Source: a virus | Taxonomy: Duplodnaviria; Caudoviricetes | DNA: 64,000 bases | Strand: one strand, 5' to 3' | IMG/VR virus record: IMGVR_UViG_2814123203_000002 | Location: 36,831-100,830 of that record | Shown: positions 59,518 to 64,000 of the stretch, one piece after another | Layout of the letters: each line of letters starts with the position of its first letter | Position numbering within the stretch: the stretch's first letter is position 1 | Notes under the pieces: model-generated | Databases searched by the model: none | The model's input: only the letters and a program-made list of their open reading frames with translations | What the model was told of the DNA's origin: nothing | Made by a program: the position numbers and the translations under genes

Positions 59518-60486
59518 ATGGCGAGAAAATATGTAATATATGCTACAAAAGAAAAGATTGAGAAAATAAATAAAAAGAATAAGGAACATATAAGAAAATA
59601 CTTTGTTTCAAAAAATATGAATTTATCAGAAGTAAGCAAAAAGAGTTATGAAAGTGATTTTAATCAATGGTTAGTGTATATAATGGAAAATTATGAAAAT
59701 GTTGACTTACTATCTCTAGATGTTGAAGATACAGCTGATATGATTGAGGATTATATCGCCTTCTGTTCTTCGATCTTAGGGAACAATGAAAGAAGAATTC
59801 AGAGGAGAATGTCGAGTATTTCATCTTTTTATTTAAATCTAAAAAAGAAAAGGAAAATTGAATCAAATCCACTTGATTATCTTGATAGACCTAAAGTTGG
59901 AAAAGGTGAAAAATTACAAATAAAACAGACATTTTTAACTAAATCACAAATTGAAGAGATAAGAAAAGGGTTAAAACAAATCGGGAAAACACAACTTGAA
60001 TTATATTTCGAATTATCGCTCAGCACTATGGCTAGAGTAAATGCAATTAGTAATATTAAACTTGAACAAATAGATTTAAAGAATAGAAAAATAAACGATG
60101 TTCTCGAAAAAGAAGGCTATATAGTAACATTATTTCCTTCAGAAAGAACAGTAGCACTAATAAAAAAGTGGATAAAAGAAAGAGAAAATGAAGGAATTGA
60201 GTGTAAATATTTGTTTGTAGTTAAACATGGAGGAAAATGGAAAAAGGTTGAAAAAATTACTTTACAGCAAAGTTGGATTAAGCAAATAGGAAATATAGTT
60301 TCTATTCCGGAATTGCATCCACATGATTTAAGACATTCAGGAAGCAACTTGCTTAAAGATGCAGGAATGACATTGGAGGATATTTCAAAATTGTTAAACC
60401 ATAAATCTACCCAAACTACAATAGATCATTATTTGCAAGTCAATTACGACAAAATAGCAGAAGCCAAAAGCAAATATGAAATATAA
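59518..60486 (+). CDS. tyrosine recombinase (YomM-like)
   Basis: TMARVNAI, HPHDLRHSG, LNHKSTQTTIDHY: intact R-H-R-H-Y set. Confidence 0.9.
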   Translation: MARKYVIYATKEKIEKINKKNKEHIRKYFVSKNMNLSEVSKKSYESDFNQWLVYIMENYENVDLLSLDVEDTADMIEDYIAFCSSILGNNERRIQRRMSSISSFYLNLKKKRKIESNPLDYLDRPKVGKGEKLQIKQTFLTKSQIEEIRKGLKQIGKTQLELYFELSLSTMARVNAISNIKLEQIDLKNRKINDVLEKEGYIVTLFPSERTVALIKKWIKERENEGIECKYLFVVKHGGKWKKVEKITLQQSWIKQIGNIVSIPELHPHDLRHSGSNLLKDAGMTLEDISKLLNHKSTQTTIDHYLQVNYDKIAEAKSKYEI

Positions 60487-60492
60487 TTAAAG

Positions 60493-60912
60493 GTGATAAT
60501 TATGAAGATGTGCAATTATGAAGTACAAGAATTAGTTGATTTTCTTATGGAAATAAGCTTAGTTGGAAAAAAATCAAGATTAAGAATTAAGTTTTGTAAA
60601 ATAGCTTTTCAAAGATTAGAAGAATTAGAAGAAGATAAAAGAAGATTGATTGATGATTTTTGTGAGAAAGATGAAAATGGAAAACCCAAAACTGTAGAAG
60701 AAGGGAATAACAAATACATAAAACTTAGAGATGAAGAATCTTATAAGCGTGAATATATGGAACTTATGAACGAAGAATTTATCATTGAAGAAACAAATGA
60801 AAGAAAAGAGATGTTTGACTTAATTAGGGATCTAATACTTAATACTGAAACTGAATTTAATGGAAATACAGCGCTTTTGCATGATCGCTGGTGCGAAATA
60901 GTTGAAAGTTAA
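60493..60912 (+). CDS. phage protein (DUF1617-like)
   Basis: L.GKKSR.R.KF...EKDENGKP motif. Confidence 0.6.
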   Translation: MIIMKMCNYEVQELVDFLMEISLVGKKSRLRIKFCKIAFQRLEELEEDKRRLIDDFCEKDENGKPKTVEEGNNKYIKLRDEESYKREYMELMNEEFIIEETNERKEMFDLIRDLILNTETEFNGNTALLHDRWCEIVES

Positions 60913-60926
60913 AAATGTAGAAAGGA

Positions 60927-63900
60927 GTGATGTTCGTGAATGATGATAATTTTGAAATATTAATAAGTGCAACATTGGATGAAGATAAATCAATAAAAAA
61001 TATTAATAAATCAATAAAAAATATTCAAAATAAAGCTTTAAATTATAAAATTAATGTTGATACAAGTGCGATTTCAAATACTAAAGATATTCTGAAAAAT
61101 TTTGAAAATATTATTGTTAAAACTAATGAAAAAGCAGCTTTTGTTACAAGTAAACTTTCAAAGCAAGGAGATGAAAGTTTAAGAAGTTTATATAAACGTG
61201 TAGAGGACATTAATAAAGCTATAAAAGAAACTGGTAGAAAAGCAACTGTAACAACAAGTTTAGGTGACGACGGAAAAATTAAAAGTGCAGTTCTCCAATA
61301 TACTGATGCTACCGGAAAAATGATCACAGAAAGAATGAAATGGAAAACAGAACTAAAAAAAATATTTGAAACTGATGATCAAGGTAAAAAGATAGAAAAA
61401 AATGTGGCAATTAAGTCTTTTGCAACTGATAGTATTACATATAAAGAAAACATGGAAAAGGCTCATAAAGCTACTGAGTCTATTCTTGAAAAAGAAAGAT
61501 CTGCTACAGCGAAAATATTAAAAAATTTAAATGATTCTTCTATAAAAATATTAGAAGGTAAAGCTAAAATCTACAAGCCAGAACGTCAAGATGATATTGT
61601 CAGAGAGTATGGGAATTTAATTAACAAAATAGAAGGAATAAGAAATTCAAAACAAAAACTTGATGATCAAGACAAAATAACAGTTAACAACGAAATTCAA
61701 AGAATTGAGAGGTTAATCACTACATATAGAAACCTTGAGGCTCAAGAAGCAAGACTCAATAAGCTTGGTGTTCATCAAGTAGGCAAAATTGATAGTAACG
61801 TTTTTAAAGTAAATACTGATGAACTTAGAAGTTACTTGGCAAACAACAAAGATATAATGAATGCAATAAATGCAAAAAGACTTAAGCCTGAGAATTTTAA
61901 TATAACATCAAGAGTAGTAGATCAGAAAACAAACGATCAAATAATAAGATTTACTACTGAAATGAAAAAAAGTAGTGGTGAAACAGTTCGTTATAAAATG
62001 GCCTTAGATCAACTTACAGGTCAGATTAGAATGATGGAACCAGCAATAGTAAAGGTAGGTGCAGCATCAGACACATTCACTGCGAAATTCAGTAAAGCAA
62101 TGAAAAGCATTCCAATATGGATAGGTGGAATGACTGCATTCTATCAAACACTTCACTTTTTTACTAATGGAGTGAAGTATGTTAACGAATTAAATCAAGC
62201 GTTAACACAATTAGCGATTGTTTATGGTGATACACAAGAGCAGGCCGAAAGATATAAAGACACCCTTTATCAAATAGGTATGCAAAATGGAATATCAACT
62301 AGAGAATTGGCAACTGGTGCTGTAGATATTGCACGGCAAGGTTTATCTAAAACGGCTACATTTGAAAGAATGATGGATATAGTAAAGTATGCTAAAATAT
62401 CTGGTCTTGAATTTAAAGATGCTGTAGAAATTATGACTGCTTCCGTAAACTCAATGGATCAAACTGCTGAACATGTGTCTGATATCTATTCTTATATGGG
62501 GAAGCAACAGCAACTGGTGCCGATGAGATTGGTAAAGCTATGCAAAGAGCTGGTGGTAGTGTTAATGCATTAGGAATTCCTTTCGAAAAAGCAAGTTCAT
62601 GGATTGCAACATTGTCTGCAAGAACTCGTGAGGGCGCTGAAACAATTGGGAACTCTATAAAATCTATTATGGCTCGCGTGCAATCTCTTAAAGAACGTGG
62701 TTTTGTTGAAGAAGATGGAACAAAAATGAATCAAGTAACTAAAGCCTTGGCGAATATTGGAATTGATCCTATAGAAAATGGAACTTTCAAAAGATTTGAT
62801 TTGGTTTTAGATGAACTTGGGAACAAGTGGACAACTTTAAGTGATAAACAACAAAAGTATATTGCGACTACTGTAGCAGGTAACTACCAGTATTCTCGTT
62901 TTATGAATATAATGGCTGGCTATACTGAATCAATGAAATTATACCAAGACTCTTTAACTAAAAACGGAATTGCTCAAGAAAGATTTAATATTTATTTGAC
63001 ATCAACTGAAGCTCATCTAGAAAGAATGAGGAACGCATGGAGAGGGGTTTGGAATAGTACATTTGATTCTCAAGGTATTAGAGGAGTTATTGATGTACTT
63101 GCGGAATTAGGTAAAGGAATAAATTCATTAGTAGATAAATTCGGCCTATTTGTACCTACATTAAATTTAGGGGCAATTGCATTAGCAGCTTTCAGTAGTA
63201 AGGCTAGAGAAATGTGGACTAAGCCGGGAGATAAGATTGCTGGATTATTTGGAAAAGCATCAAAAGATATTCAAGAAGCACAAAACAAGACTAATGATTT
63301 TAATAAATCGGCAGTAATAGTAGAAGGTTCAAGCAAAAAAATGGCTACAGGTGTTTCTTTGGCTGGTAAGGCATTTAGTTTTCTATCCAGAACGTTAGCA
63401 CCACTTGCGATTTTATCAGCTATTGGATGGGCGATTGAGACAGTGGCAAAAGCTATTGGTAAACATAAGGCCGAAATGGAAGTAGCAGAAAATGCAGCCA
63501 AGAAAATGCAAATGACATTTACTAGAAATAAAGACACATTTGAAAAAGTAAAAAATGAATATATAGAATTAAGTAAAATAACAAGTGATGGAACAGCGTT
63601 TTCCAGTGTAGAACAAGAAGAAAAATATTATCAAACTACATCTCATTTAGCAGAGATGCTTCCAACTGTAGTAAAAGAAATAGATGAAAAAGGAAGAGTT
63701 CATCTTAAAAATGCTGATGCTATTGAAGAAGAAATCAAAAAAGCTAAAGAGTTGGCCGCACTTCAAACAATGAAGGATGTGGATTCTTCCAAGTCTGAGA
63801 TTGTTAAACTTCAGGATGAATATAATGAACGTTTAAAAAAACACAAGGATTATCAAAAACAATTAAATGATATAGAAATAAAAATTAAACCATCTGTTCC

Positions 63901-64000
63901 AGAAGAAAAATGGAGCGACAAATTTAAGGAAGAAGTATCAAATATTAAGATACTCTCTACTTATTATGCACAAGATGCAAATGATGCTCTAGGGCAATAA
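60927..64000 (+). pseudogene. tail tape measure protein (YomI-like), split by a 1-nt deletion at ~62498-62501, truncated by the window end
   Basis: Adding one G to the G4 run joins ...IYSYMG to EATATGADEIGKAMQRAGG...TREGAETIGNSIKS, a TMP motif. Confidence 0.85.

Larger units (their letters stand above)
1..64000. mobile_element. SPbeta-like large temperate phage, probable phage-plasmid (partial)
   Basis: Terminase-portal-capsid-tail-tape measure module in SPbeta yonK..yomI order, MrpR/YopQ-like regulators, ParMRC-like partition system and Rep; no host housekeeping genes in the window. Confidence 0.9.

Noticed and set aside
60987-61026. Tandem repeat ATAAATCAATAAAAAATATT
   Set aside because: Short in-frame duplication (KSIKNIN) in the tape measure N-terminus
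42383-63537. Minus-strand ORFs inside structural genes (e.g. 50513..50821, 51713..52210, 63271..63537)
   Set aside because: Antisense shadows of coiled-coil or Lys/Glu-rich genes

Overview
Low-GC segment of a large SPbeta-like temperate siphophage of a Bacillales host (Paenibacillus is a guess from the small-gene families). It appears to be maintained as a plasmid (phage-plasmid). 1-33.3 kb is a leftward early/accessory arm: YopX, dUTPase, adenine MTase, SLT, AAA ATPase, acidic-tailed SSB-like protein, an ACP-like protein, MrpR/YopR- and YopQ-like regulators, an AbrB-PIN toxin-antitoxin pair broken by an inversion, RtcB, DUF433, DUF262, and a cluster of small genes with ArdA and an orphan Cas11c/Cas8c-C-terminus homologue. 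33.3-40.6 kb is a control/maintenance region: boxA-like site, two LexA boxes, a parC-like 10-bp array with ParM and ParR, Rep with a probable antisense RNA and DnaA box, and a tyrosine recombinase. 40.7-64 kb is a rightward arm: RecD2, HU, one tRNA(CAT) plus tRNA remnants, a MazF/PemK TA pair, and the yonK-to-yomI-like morphogenesis module ending in a frameshifted tape measure. All protein assignments are by eye from motifs and remembered families; no searches were run. Best leads: the orphan Cas11c-like gene (candidate decoy anti-CRISPR), the inversion splitting the PIN toxin, the Ser-less ACP-like gene, and the plasmid replicon on an SPbeta-like backbone.
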